Below, in pieces: positions 36,835-49,406 of a stretch of DNA of 64,000 nt; the stretch's first letter is position 1; each line of letters opens with the position of its first letter. The notes under the pieces are model-generated. The model had not been told where the DNA came from and ran no database searches. It saw only the letters and a list, made by a program, of their open reading frames with translations. The stretch covers positions 109,866,001 to 109,930,000 of the forward strand of contig NC_058368.1 of the NCBI RefSeq assembly GCF_018350175.1, written 5' to 3'. This stretch comes from Felis catus (lineage: Eukaryota). Position numbers and translations under genes: made by a program.

Positions 36835-39544
36835 TGCCCCCTCTGTATTTTTAATGTTAGAATTGTTTAGGGTCATTGGCTCCACCATATCCCCAGGGAG
36901 GGAAGACTGACCATTGTTTCTGAGGTAGGGGCTGAGGAGGCATTCCTCTGTGATTCTGTCATCTTCCTGTCACTGTTGTGTAGCTTCCTTCCTTCAGGTA
37001 CTTGGGAAGGAATAGGCACATTCAGCCCTGTCATCGTTGCCTATGCCTGGGCGATGAGAGTCTCCTTCACGGGGCCCCTAGTTGCTGAACACATGTGTCC
37101 TTCTTGGCCTTGCCTGTCCCCGTACCACCGCCTCTTCCTTGCACATATGCAGCTCATGAGTGGGTGTCACCATCAGCTTTTTCTTCTCTTTTTTAAAAGA
37201 TTTATTTGTTTTGAGAGAGAGAGAGCATGCAAGGGAGGGGAGGAAAGAGAGGGAGAGAGAATCCCAAGCAGGCTCTGCACTCTCAGAGTAGTTACCTAGC
37301 AGTACGTGAGCAAGGGTTGATTGAGATCGCCCTGGGGCTTTCAGAAAGCTTGATCAGTGGGGCCGTGCCTCCTTTTGAGGTTTCCCCAGGCTCTCTGTGA
37401 GTCAGGTTCTCTTTCTTGTGCCCCAGGGTTACCGAAAGTTTCCTCGTTGTAGGTCTGCCTGGGGCGGTGCGTTCTACCCACTGGACACGGTGTGAGTCCT
37501 ATTGGTTGTCACCTCTCATCTCTTCTTCCTGGGCTGCTCCCAGCTGGTCACTGTGCTGACCAACACCTCTTGTCTGGTAACCGGACTTCACTTGGGCAGG
37601 AAGCTCTGGCTGGAGAAGATGGGCTTAAGTGGCCAGCGGCCTTGGAGAAGTGGGAACTGAGGATACAAACATGTTTTCTTGGGGCAGATAAGATAACTTT
37701 GTGCACATAAAGATGTTATCTGTCTAGACTCGAATATAATGCAGTGTACTATTGATTGCATAAAAAAACATTAGTTTTTACAACTTTGTAATGATTTTAG
37801 ATTCAGGCATAGCCAGGCCAGGCTCTTAGAATTGTGGCTCTGGGATCTTCTGTTAGCTAGCCTCCTTTTTTCTTTCCTGACCCACCGGCCCCTGCATATT
37901 GGGGTATTTGGACCCAAGTCTTCTGAGTGTTCCTTCTCAGTCCCCTGAGGTCTGGGAATGCCCTTTGTCTCAGATCCCTCTCTCATGTATGGATATTCCC
38001 CTTCCTCTCAGAAACTCATTCTCCATCCTTGACTGGGTTTGTCACCACCCCGCTTTATGCAGACCCAACTTGTTTGGACACCCCTCTTTTACTTGTCTCT
38101 GTAGCCCATTATAGAAGCTTATCTCTGGTCCTCAGAATCCCAGGGCTGTGTGCTCATAGGAAAGGATCCGTACGACAGCGATGTATCAGCCTTTGCCTCC
38201 TCTAGGGGCGTCTGCTTTGTCTCTCTCTGCGCTGACAGTCCTTTGTGACTCCCTGTGGACAGCCTTCCCTGGAGCAGTGATCCCAGCTTCGGGCCTCTGG
38301 TCCTGGACGCCCCATCACTGTTACTGGTAGCATCTCTCTTTCCTTCTTCCTCTTTAGCCTCGACATTGAGCACCCAGGAGCCCGGCTGGAAAGATGATTT
38401 CTGGAGCCCCAAGGATGCTCTCTAAAGGGTGCTCTCTATCTCCATAACAACACAGTGCCCTCCCAGGCCTCTCCTTCACCTTGGCCTTCTGCGTTTAGTG
38501 GCCTCCCTTCATGTGGCTGTCCTGCCCATGCTGCCACTGTGCTGCTCTCTCCTGGGTCAGCAGGCAGGCTCTTACTCCACTGGTCCTCACTCGGACCCCC
38601 CACTTGAACCCGTGGCTTCCAGTGCAGTGCATCCAGAAAGCCTCTCTGAACCAAGGCCCCCTGCATGTCCCCTCAAGGATCCCGAGTGCCAGTGTTTATT
38701 ATTGGATCAATTTGATCGTCCTTACTGTGGGCTCCATGTCGGTCGACCCTGGGTTCAGAGACAGTTTTGGGAAAATGGTGGTTGAACAGGAGAGTGGATA
38801 CGTGGTGAAGCTTGGGAAGGTGTGCTAGTTGTGGGCAGAGCTAAGGACCCTGTCCCCCTCCTGGGCCTCCCAAAGCTGGCTGCATGGGGCTGGCCCCACA
38901 CGTCGTGTGTCTCTTGAAGTAGCCTCTGTTCAGGCTGCTGAGGAGGGAACGGGCAGGACACAGTAGAGAAGAAAACTTCTGCCACCACCTGTCTGGGGCA
39001 GGTCTTGTTGCCGGCTACATCTTTGCTACCCCCCTCTCCTCCAATCCCAGCGCCTGCTATCTTGGGGCTTGTGAGGACAAAAGAGATCACCAGAGTGTGT
39101 GCGGGGAAGAGCCCAGCCTCTGCAGGCAGCAAGCAAGCTGACAATTGCAATCTGCTCTCTACCCAGAGTTTTTGGGTTCCAGTGCATTTTCTCTTTCCTG
39201 AGGGGACAGGGCAGCCCCAAATCTTGAGGGCTCTTCTGGGCAGCTGGCTTTCCTACGGTGGAGGTTAAAGCAGAGCAAACCCCCTACCATATGTGGGCTG
39301 TGCCATCAGGGGGTTTGCGAGGTCATGGGCCTGGAGCACCTGTGGCTCTGACTTCTGTGGAGATGGGTACCACAGGTACCCTCGGGTTCAGTGGTTTAGT
39401 GGTTGAGAAAGTGTATTTTGGCTTTATAGACTTGAATTTGAATCTGGCTCTTTTGCTCTGAGCTTTCATTTCCTCTTCTATGAGTTGGGGATAACACCAA
39501 CCCTTGCCTTGTGTGGATAATGGTAACTTTTATAAGTGGTTCTC

Positions 39545-39745
39545 GGGCACCTGGGTGACTCAGTTGGTTGAGCATCCGAATTCGGCTCAGGTCATGATCT
39601 CACGGTTCATGAGTTGGAGCCCCACATTGGGCTCTGTCTGACAGCTCGGAGCCTGGAGTCTGTTCTGGGTTCTGTGTCTCCTGCTCTTCCTTCCCCTCCT
39701 GTACTCACTCACTCACCTCTCTCTTTCAAAAATAAAAAAAAAAAT
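39545..39745 (+). mobile_element. Can-SINE inserted in a MIR-like remnant (~39380-39810)
   Basis: gggcacctgggtgactcagttggttgagc. Flanks are tttcctcttctatgagttggggataac and gtgtctggcacatag. Confidence 0.85.
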
Positions 39746-39869
39746 TTTTTTAATTTATAAACAAAACAAAAACTGGTTCTTATTATTGTTTATTGCAGTG
39801 TCTGGCACATAGCAAGTTATTCTTCCAAGAGAGAAGATGAGCATCATCACATCGTCTTGTTTATGTCAT

Positions 39870-40161
39870 TGTGATGATTAACTTTATGTGTCAACTTGGC
39901 TGGATCATGGTGCCCAGATAGATACTTGGTCAGACACTCTTCTAAGTCCTTCTGTGAAAGTAGTTTTTGTCACTAGGTTATCATTTAAAGCAGTATACTT
40001 TGAATAAAGCAGGTATCCTCTGTTGTGTGGGTGGGCCTCATGTAATCAGTGAAAGGCCTTAAGATAGGAGACTGACCTCCCCAGAAGAATTCAGCCAACA
40101 AATGGCCTTTGCACTCAAACGACAAGCCTTCCCTGGGTCTCCAGCTAACAGCCTACCCTGC

Positions 40162-40203
<42 letters not shown>

Positions 40204-40314
40204 AGCTCTCCCTCCTTCTTTCCCCCACCTACATGCCTGCGTGCGCGTGCGCACACACATATACACAAACACACCCCTTATTGGTTCTATTTCTCTGGAG
40301 AATCTGCACTAACA
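39870..40314 (+). mobile_element. MLT2-type (ERVL) solo LTR with internal (GATA)n
   Basis: Starts TGTGATGATTAACTTTATGTGTCAACTTGGCT and ends ttctctggagaatctgcactaaCA. TSD GTCA(T/G). (GATA)10 at ~40163-40202. Confidence 0.85.
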
Positions 40315-40839
40315 GTCAGGGGGCAGTGGACACGGAACTCACCAAGGGCAAGAATCATGTCTTCTTTGTCAAGCCCTCTTTCCTCCGTACCTAGCACAGT
40401 GCTAGCCTATGGCAGGTGCTCTGCCCTGGTAACTTGGTGATTACTGAGCACTTTATATGTTCTACCTCCTAGCTGCAAAGTCTACCTCAATGAGAACCAA
40501 GAGTTACTGGAGTCAAGTGTGTGAGTTAGAGGTGGAGACTGTGGCAAGTTGTGCAAGTCTCCCAGGGCAGGTGAAGAGATGTTTTGATCCAGATGTTGGT
40601 TGTACATTTGGAGACCCGAAATTTGAACATGGGGGAAGGGACTACCATGTTCAAGGGCCTGCCTTTGCTCAGCAGCACTTCGGAGCAGGCCAGAGGAGAG
40701 GCCGTTTCCCTTGGCCCTTCCAGAACCTGCTGTGGTGATGGGGAATGGGGAGAACCATGTGCGTGGTCCTGCCTTAGCCCCTTCTCGCTTCACCAACTGC
40801 ACAGAGACTGGCAGCAACAGATGGTAACTTTTCTCAAGT

Positions 40840-40845
40840 TTTATT
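40840..40845 (-). terminator. Distal polyadenylation signal AATAAA (about 5.8 kb UTR)
   Basis: Minus strand reads tttacAATAAAacttgagaaaagttaccatctgttgctgccagtctctgtg. Several UGUA motifs lie upstream and GU-rich sequence downstream. Confidence 0.6.
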
Positions 40846-41646
40846 GTAAAATCCTCCGAAAAAGAGCATTTACATTGACAATACTTGATGATAATTTGTG
40901 AATCGTCTTTATATCAAGTGGTACTGCAGTTACACGGTGTGTTCAATACTGTGCAATACGTTAAAGTAAACACAAACTTATTTCAAATGCCAGGTACGGT
41001 TACTGTGTTGGTACAAAGTTCTAAAGTTGATGTATTAAAAATAATTTATATATATCGTATAAACAAGGAAAAATTCACATGTATCGTAAGTACAGGAGGC
41101 CTTTTGAGAAATACTGGTGATTACAGAAAATAGATTTTGGTGTCTACACAACTGCTCAAAATAATATATCTGCCTTGACGTAAGAGCTCTGAAAGTTTTC
41201 TGAGGCGGGGGAGGAGGAGAATCTTAATGGGACAAAGGGTGTGCATGTGACTTCGTATCTTGAGGGCCATTCAGCTACACTATAGCATGAAACACTGTTT
41301 GTGTGACCACTGCAGCAACACTCCATGGCCACTTCTGTTTTGAGGCCATCTCACAGGGCCTTCAGAAAGTGTGAGCCGGAAGGGGAACCGTGGGGGGGGG
41401 TGACGGGGCCAGGCCAGAAATGGGGGCTGCCCAGCCACAGGGGCTGCTGTGGGGTCTGGGGTGGGGGCTTATGGACCTGTCGTCCTGCACCTCTCTGAAG
41501 CAGCTGAAGTATCTTAGCTGACTCTTAAACGGATGGCAGATGTCACGCTGGGCAGCGGACAAGGGTTTGGATTTAGGGAATTTTCTCTAAAAGGGAAAGC
41601 ACTTGGGCCCCATGATCATCAGAGACTAGTTGCGCTTCTTTACAAA

Positions 41647-41806
41647 TGAAGCTCTGATCTTGGCAGGCAGCTGTGTTCACTACTATACCACCAACGACCG
41701 CCGTGAAGCTCTGATCTTGGCAGGCGAATGTGGTAACTATGGAAACTCGCTAGGAAGCTCCGATCTTGAAGACTGTGTCCCCAAAGGGCAGCATTCTCTG
41801 ATCCTG
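41647..41806. repeat. Interspaced direct repeat TGAAGCTCTGATCTTGGCAGGC (2 perfect + 2 degenerate copies)
   Basis: Perfect copies at 41647-41668 and 41704-41725; degenerate copies at 41754-41768 and 41796-41806. Confidence 0.85.
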
Positions 41807-41987
41807 CCCTGGTGACATGTGGAGAGGCCACCATGCTTGGGGTGGAGGCGAATCAACAGTTTGTGCTTTGTGCAGAGCAGGCTAAGCCTTCTAGAGCCCT
41901 CTGGGGCATGGTCCACCTTCTCTAGGGTCACAGGGGAAACAGATGGTCCCATATTGGTCAAGATAAGCTTGGGAAGGGTGTGCGTGT

Positions 41988-41990
<3 letters not shown>

Positions 41991-42034
<44 letters not shown>
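41991..42034. repeat. (TG)22 microsatellite, (CA)n on the FSTL4 strand
   Basis: Direct reading. Confidence 0.95.
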
Positions 42035-42037
<3 letters not shown>

Positions 42038-44050
42038 TGTGGGTTTGTCCAAGAACAACAAAAAGTACAGGTTCAACACTTTGGTGCCGGCTCAGGAAGC
42101 CTCACTCTCAGTTTTGGAGGCCAATTCCTGCTCTTCCCATACTTTCCATAATTTCACACACTGTGTTTGGTTTAATCCCCACTGCTGCCTACAGCTCCAG
42201 AGAATGTGTGAGACCATGCTTGCTGGGCTCCTGCTGCCAGCTGTGTGGCTGTGCCTAAAGCCTGCAGGCCTGCATAAGATGCTCAGATTCTCAAGTAACT
42301 TTGCAGGTAATCTGGTGAAGAGAGAAGCAGGAAGTGGCCTGTGTTGCATGAGGGATTTGGGGTCCTGTAGTCAGACCTCAAGAATAGGCACCATGTATTT
42401 TCTCCTTTGAATCTTTTAAGCCGTTCTCTATTCTGTAATCTCTATGATTTTGGACAGAAGCCATGGCAGCTAGTGACTTTGTCAAACAAAACTCCTCTGC
42501 CTCTGTACTCCTGTGGGAGCAAATAGTAGTATGTGGCCCTGGGAGTGACTTCTTACTTGGACTTCCAAAGCTAGCTAGCAGCATGGGCAAAGGCCGTTGT
42601 GGGGAGCTGGTGTGACAGTAAGGTCAGTTGTCCCTTGAACTGTAGGAGCTGTGGCACAGCACACGTGCAGGAGACCTGAAGCATAGGAGGGGAGCCAGAA
42701 AGGCTGAGAGTAAAGTGGGAAGGAGGGAGGTGTGGCTTGGGCCCTCTAAGGGACGAAGCTTGGCCGAGACGTCATGGTCTCTATTCCTGTCTGACAGTTT
42801 CTGTTTGACAACAGTTGACTTCTCTGACACCTGTGAGCTTGCTCTGGTCTTGGTTACCTCGTTTGGAAGGTCTGCGAGCTAGGGTGTGGAGGTTGTGATT
42901 CTGGGCGGCCAAGGGCTGTGTCCCAGTGGGTTCTGACTGCACGTGGAACAGAACCTGGGGTTCTGGGTGGGCAAGGACAGCAAAGGATTTCATGTCATTG
43001 TTGTTGGCCCACGTCACCATCCAGCTTCCCGGGTGGGGGCAGCTGTCAGAGGAGCTGGGTACAGGGAGGAGAAGGTGAGGTAGACCAGTAGTGCATGGGA
43101 GGGAGGGAAAGTGGCCTCAGCAATCCAAGGGGCTTGGTTCTGGAGAGAAGGGCCCAGGACAGGGCTGTGGGATTTGGTGATGAGGGTGGTTCAGCATCCA
43201 CGGTGTCTGAATGAAACACACAGTGAGAAATGAATTGATGATGTTGCAAGCCCCTGGTAGAAAAATATAGCCAGAATGGATCTGTTGCACATCTCTGTTC
43301 TGGATTCTCCTTTAGTTCACAGGTTATTGGTCAATAGAAAAGAAGATGTGGCCACACAAAGCCAACTTCAGGCTGCTCTCCTAAATAGAGCCTCAGCAAT
43401 TAGGTTCCCTAGGGCAACAGGCAGTTCTCTGCTTTTTTCAGGGTTAAGAGCTGTCCTCGGGAGCCCTCCCTGGAGCAGAGAGCCCTTTTCTGCACAGAAC
43501 AGTGGGAAAGACAGCAGGTGGCAGGGGTGAGGTGGGAAGGGGCATGCAGGGGCTGAGCTTCTGTCTCTGTTCATGATGCGTCTAGATTCAAGTTCCTGCA
43601 TCTTGTGGTTGGGGATTAGTGGTTGGCCCCACCCACACTTCACAGGGTCCTTCCAGCTACTTCCAGGGGCTTGGGGAAGGTATGGTGAGATGCTTGAATT
43701 GACTGGGAGACCTAGGGAAGAAGCCTGGGCCAGCCCCAGGCAGAGTTTGTTGGGCAGGATTGCCGGGGTGGGGATGGTGGCATTTGCCACACAGCACGTG
43801 CTCCACACCCAGGCCTCCTGTGCAGATGGTCCGTGTGGCCACCTGCAAGCAGACACTTCCCTCTTACTACTACCCCTCTGTAGAAGGCTGGGTAGGCTTT
43901 CAGACCCACTGCCTCCATGCAGGGTTTTGCTCACTGGGGCGGGAGGAACACCAGCCCCTCCCTTTCAAATCCTTATTATCAGTAAAGGTGTAGGTTATTT
44001 GTGAGTTGTTATGAAAAAAAATACTATGTTGAATTTTTGTGAAATTAAAT

Positions 44051-44056
44051 TTTATT
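44051..44056 (-). terminator. Polyadenylation signal AATAAA (about 2.6 kb UTR)
   Basis: tttatt on the plus strand in an AT-rich block. A U-rich downstream element lies at ~44014-44021 (A8 on plus). Confidence 0.7.
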
Positions 44057-46628
44057 TCAAAATTCAGTAAATTTTGAAATAGCTCATTGTGAATGTGTCA
44101 TTGTTAAGATGAAGTGCTTCTTTAATGTGAAGTATTGGTTGGTTGTTAGGTGATCTTGTGTGTTTGTCAGAGGGCTGCGGCTGGGTCGGCAGCAAGGCTC
44201 ACCTGCTGTGGTAACTTCTTACACCAGTAACTTTGGGACCGTGTTCCTCTGAGCTTCTGGGGCTGGAAGGTGGGTGGGGGGCAGCCTGGCCAGCCTTTCC
44301 TCTGCCTCCCACCCAGCAGTTCGGCTAGTTGCTGTGATGAAAAAGCATTTACTGCTTGCCTTTGTGAATGTGCAGATTGCACTGTTTACAGGCCTACGAA
44401 TCCCTGCTCTGATTCAACAGTGTGTGGAACGCTGGCCCCGAGCCCTAAGCTGGCATCTCCAGTTAATTGCACAGTGAGTTAGCCAGAGGCAGAAATGCTT
44501 TTCAGACACACTTAGAAACAGAAGGAATGAGGCAAAGGAACAGATGCTGCAGTCTCCCAGATCACAAGGCCTGCTGGGATTGGACTGGTCTTTGACTTAG
44601 GAACCCATGACCCCCAGGGGCTGATGTCCTGACCTGGTAGGTGGTAGGCTCTTCCTCAGGTAGGCTCAGACTGCCAGGGGTTGCCATCATCTGGAAGATT
44701 TTTCCAAAGGGAGAAGTTGGTGAAAGTGGAGAACTGCAGTGATAAATGTGGAAGTCTGGAAGTGAATGTGTCAAGAGATTGGGGCAGGAAGAAGAAAGGG
44801 TGAGAGGTGTCACCCATCCATCCCAGCTCTTGGGAAACTGAGTATGTGGCTTTTGAAGTCCATCCTTTCAACCTGTAGCTACAGCTCAAGTACATGTAAC
44901 GAAATCTAAAGTATGCATGTCCATATCTAGGCACACTCTTGGGAGTTGGAGGGGACAGGCGTTGGATGGACCAAGATACGTGAGACAACAGGACTGGCTG
45001 ATTTCAGGAAATCAAGTTGGGGTCAGGTAGGTTGGGCATTCAGGTGAGTGTGCAAGGGAGCTGTATTTACAGCAAGGCAGGGTCTGTGTCTTCCTTTCCC
45101 TGAAAGCGGCCAGTGATCAGAGCGGGAAAAGCATGGCCATGTTGGCGGGTGAAGCGGTCTGCCCTAGGTGAGGTGTCCATGATGAGACCATCTCTTCCAA
45201 CTTCACGTGACTTGAAAACCGATCATTCAGGCCAGAAAGCATACAAGTGTGTTTTGGTGAATGAGGCGAGGGAGAAGGAAAGGGGTGTGCTGGGAGCCCC
45301 AAAGCTGACATTCTCCAACATGAGCTGTCTTCTTGGGGCCAGCTGGGTTGTACTTCCTCGATGCCCTCCTGACAGCCCAGCATTGTCTGAGATATTTGGG
45401 AATCATGAAGCATTGGCAGCCCACACCCTCCCGCCACTGGCCCCCCCTTCCCTCCGCCTTCTGGTTGTGGGTTTTGCAGTGTATATTATTGGGGACAGAA
45501 GGGTCCACGTGTAAGAAAAGACTGAAATGTGCTGTGCAGTGATGATGCAATGACGGGTGTGCTAGAGCTGAGTGCAAGGGCCACGGGCAGAAAAGAAATT
45601 GATTTTTGAAAGGGATCGCCTACAGAAGCCACTTGGACCCCACACGTGTCTTTGTGTTGCACCAGGAGGTCACTCTTCTGTAGGCCGCCCCCGTGGCAAG
45701 CCCAGTCTGCCCTGAATCTGGGGAACTGGGCCCGGCTCATAAAACATCCCCGTTCAGTGGTAAAAAGCAGGCACACAGGGTTTGTCCTGGTCTCTTTGCG
45801 TCCCGGCCCAGAACAAAGTCTTTGCCACTGTGGTGGCTAGATCTGTACTCGGGGTGTCCGTGGTATAGAGGACCGTTACTCCTGGATGATCACTGTTCTT
45901 TCTGGGTGTGGGGTGGTGACTCTCAGAGACTTGGCCTAAGGCAGGGACGAACAGAGCGGACCTCGGAGAGCATCTTTCTGCTTACTAGCATTTGAGATTA
46001 TAAAAAATTATCTTTTAATCAAAATTTCCAAAATAAAGTAAGTGATTTCCCCATCCCCCAAGACGCAAGAAGTCTGGCTGGATCTCCCTCAGGCTTACAC
46101 CAAGTCACATGGAAAAAAAGCATGAAGCGGCTGCGCAGGAGAAAAGAAGGTCCGGAATGAGGGCAGACGTGGCTCTCATGCCTGGAGCGAAAGCCAGGGC
46201 TCGCACTGAGTTTCCAGGCCTGGCTTCGGGGCCACTCCATCGGGGGGAGGTCGGCTGGACCCGGCCGTGACGGACAATGAGTACATGAAGGCAACCGACA
46301 CAAGTGTCAGCCTGGAAAGCAGGAGCTCTTGGTTCCGCAGCGTTCCCCAGGAAACATGGCGTGTAGCTGGGCACAGAAATGATTCCTTTACACAGCAGCG
46401 TGTGTTCTCACCGTAGCTCAAGGCATAAATCATACTTCCCAACGAAAAACCCCAATCTGGTTAGCAGCGCATACCTTATACTAGGAAACTTGCAAGGAGG
46501 CCAGTGTTGAACCACAAAGCGGATACAGGTTTTGCTTTTGTCCGTGAAAATGTACAGGGCGCCTGCTTGGGGCTGCGGTGTGAGGACTCGGCCGTGCTCG
46601 GTGGCCCAGGGCTCTGCCCCGGGCTCCT

Positions 46629-47375
<747 letters not shown>

Positions 47376-49295
47376 CTAAAGGATCGCATCCATTCTCTTC
47401 CCTTTATCCTAATCCTTCAGTGCGCTAACAGCTTCTTAATTAGATGTACCATCCTGCAGGGCCTGGCTTCTTCAGTCATTCATCTCATCTCTAGAAATGG
47501 TAAAGGAGGAGCATAAAAGTGCTGTCAATAGCTTCTCCCTTTGGGATGCCTTCACATCAGCTCCCCTGAGGCCTGCTGCCAGCTGGGAAGTGGGGGCCTG
47601 TGCCTGGAGGGAAAAGAGCCCCGATCACCTGCCAGGAGGAGGACGGCAGCGGTGGGCTTGCTGCTACTGTCCTCTGGACTAATCAGATTCTGAGCAGGCA
47701 CTGCAAGCCAACTCGCTTCCTCCAGCGCTCCCTCCCCCGGGGGAGAGAAAGGTGGAGGGGCAGCCTCTCCTGTGTCAGTTATGATCCCTGATCCCCTGGG
47801 GGAGGAAGCTTGGGCAAGGGGGCTGAGGACAGCTTTTACCTTTGCAGCCAGATGGCCTTGGCGTGGCCCTGCTGCCCTGCCCGCTGCAGAGCCTGGTGTG
47901 TGGACGGCCTCTTAGAGCCTCTGCCATGCTGAAGAGGGCGGTTCCTTCTGAGGGCTTTGGGGAGGACTGGATCAAAGACGGAGCTTGAGGGGAAGGGCCC
48001 AGCAGGCAGTAGCCGCTCACGTCTGGGCTTGGTGAAATTCCCCTCTGGGGGTGGGTGGCAAGCTGCCAGAAGGCCTGACCCCAGGCAGGACTTGGCTTTG
48101 ACGTGAGAGCCTCTGCCTCATTCGCTGACTGAGAGAGGCCTTTTGGTGCCGTGGATGCCTATGGGAAGAAGAGAAACATCTCCTCCACACTTCTCTTTTG
48201 AATACCTGAGTCTCTGAGTGGGGGAAATGCCCACTTAAAAGCATCTTTAAAGCATTCTTAAAGAGATCAAGCATGGAAAGAGTATGAAACTCTGGTAAAG
48301 AACTTGAATGTAAAACGCCACACCCAGGTGCCGCAGAGCCTCTAAATGTGCTAGACTCCCGCCTGAATTCAGCTTCTTTGGGGGTTTTTCACCCTTGAGC
48401 AAACCCCAGAATCTTAGAGGCTCCTCCCAGGTGCTGTCTACACGGTAGGGTTCATAAAGGAGCTGTTTTCTTTCTTGGGCTTGAATCAGTGGGTGGGCCT
48501 AGTTTTACAAGTCCAGCTTCAATATGTAACAATGAGTCCTTTCTTCCTGGAGAAAGGGACTTGATGTCAGACAAAAGAAAGGCATGACCTTCTGGTCTCC
48601 GTGACTTTATAAAGGGGCAGGCTGAGTCTTCTGCAGTGGTGACTTTACAGTAGGTGTTAGGGGTTGTCTGAAATGAACAGGCAGGGGGAACAGCCAGGTT
48701 GAGCTGAGGTTTTCAGTTGAGACCATAGGCCACCATTTTTAGGCTGTTCTGGATGGTGAAAACCAGACAAGCAGAGGCCTTGTTCCCTGGCTGGCCCTCT
48801 CCATGGCTGCTCTGGGGGCTTCTGGAAAACCCATGGGCAGTAGAGAATAAGGAACTAAAAAGAGACTTGGCCTCGTATTTCAACTGACTCTTCCTGGATG
48901 TGTAAACTTGGCCCGTGTTTTAACTTCTCTAATCCTTGGTTTCCACATGTGCAAAAAGGGGTCAAGACCACTTCTACTAGTTTCTTTGTGTCTAACAAGG
49001 AGAGGGTGACCCATTAACCACTATTGTTTCCTTTTCTCTATAGTCCTCACCTTGAGGATGAGACTTTCTGTCCTCAGTGGGCCTCTGAGGGCCATAGGAG
49101 CTGGGTGCCTTCCTTAACTAAGACACTTAAGGACTAGTGATGGGTCCATTTCTGTCCCCTCATGATGGAGCCCAAGGCCAGCTCAGGATGAGTGACAGAG
49201 ACACAGAAGGAGCAGGTCTCACAGTGGGCAAATGCACCACATGCCGGGCTGAGTTGGATTATGGGGGTTCCTTCGGGCATCGTGGGCCTGTCTCA

Positions 49296-49406
<111 letters not shown>

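Larger units (their letters stand above)
40820..46628 (-). other. FSTL4: FSTL4 3' UTR (to ~44030 for the shorter form, possibly to ~40820 for an extended form)
   Basis: Directly follows the stop codon. I see no SINE/L1 insertions over ~6 kb, and there are several minus-strand poly(A) hexamers. Confidence 0.65.

Noticed and set aside
32175..40314. The two MLT2 LTRs as ends of one provirus
   Set aside because: They are in opposite orientations and each has its own TSD, so they are independent solo LTRs.
41647..41806. True CRISPR array
   Set aside because: Mammalian DNA with no cas genes, only two perfect repeats, unequal periods and partly similar spacers. Kept only as an unexplained repeat.
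37300..45900. Numerous 60-190 aa ORFs in GC-richer unique sequence
   Set aside because: No recognisable domains or coherent splice structure; consistent with random ORFs in UTR and intergenic DNA.
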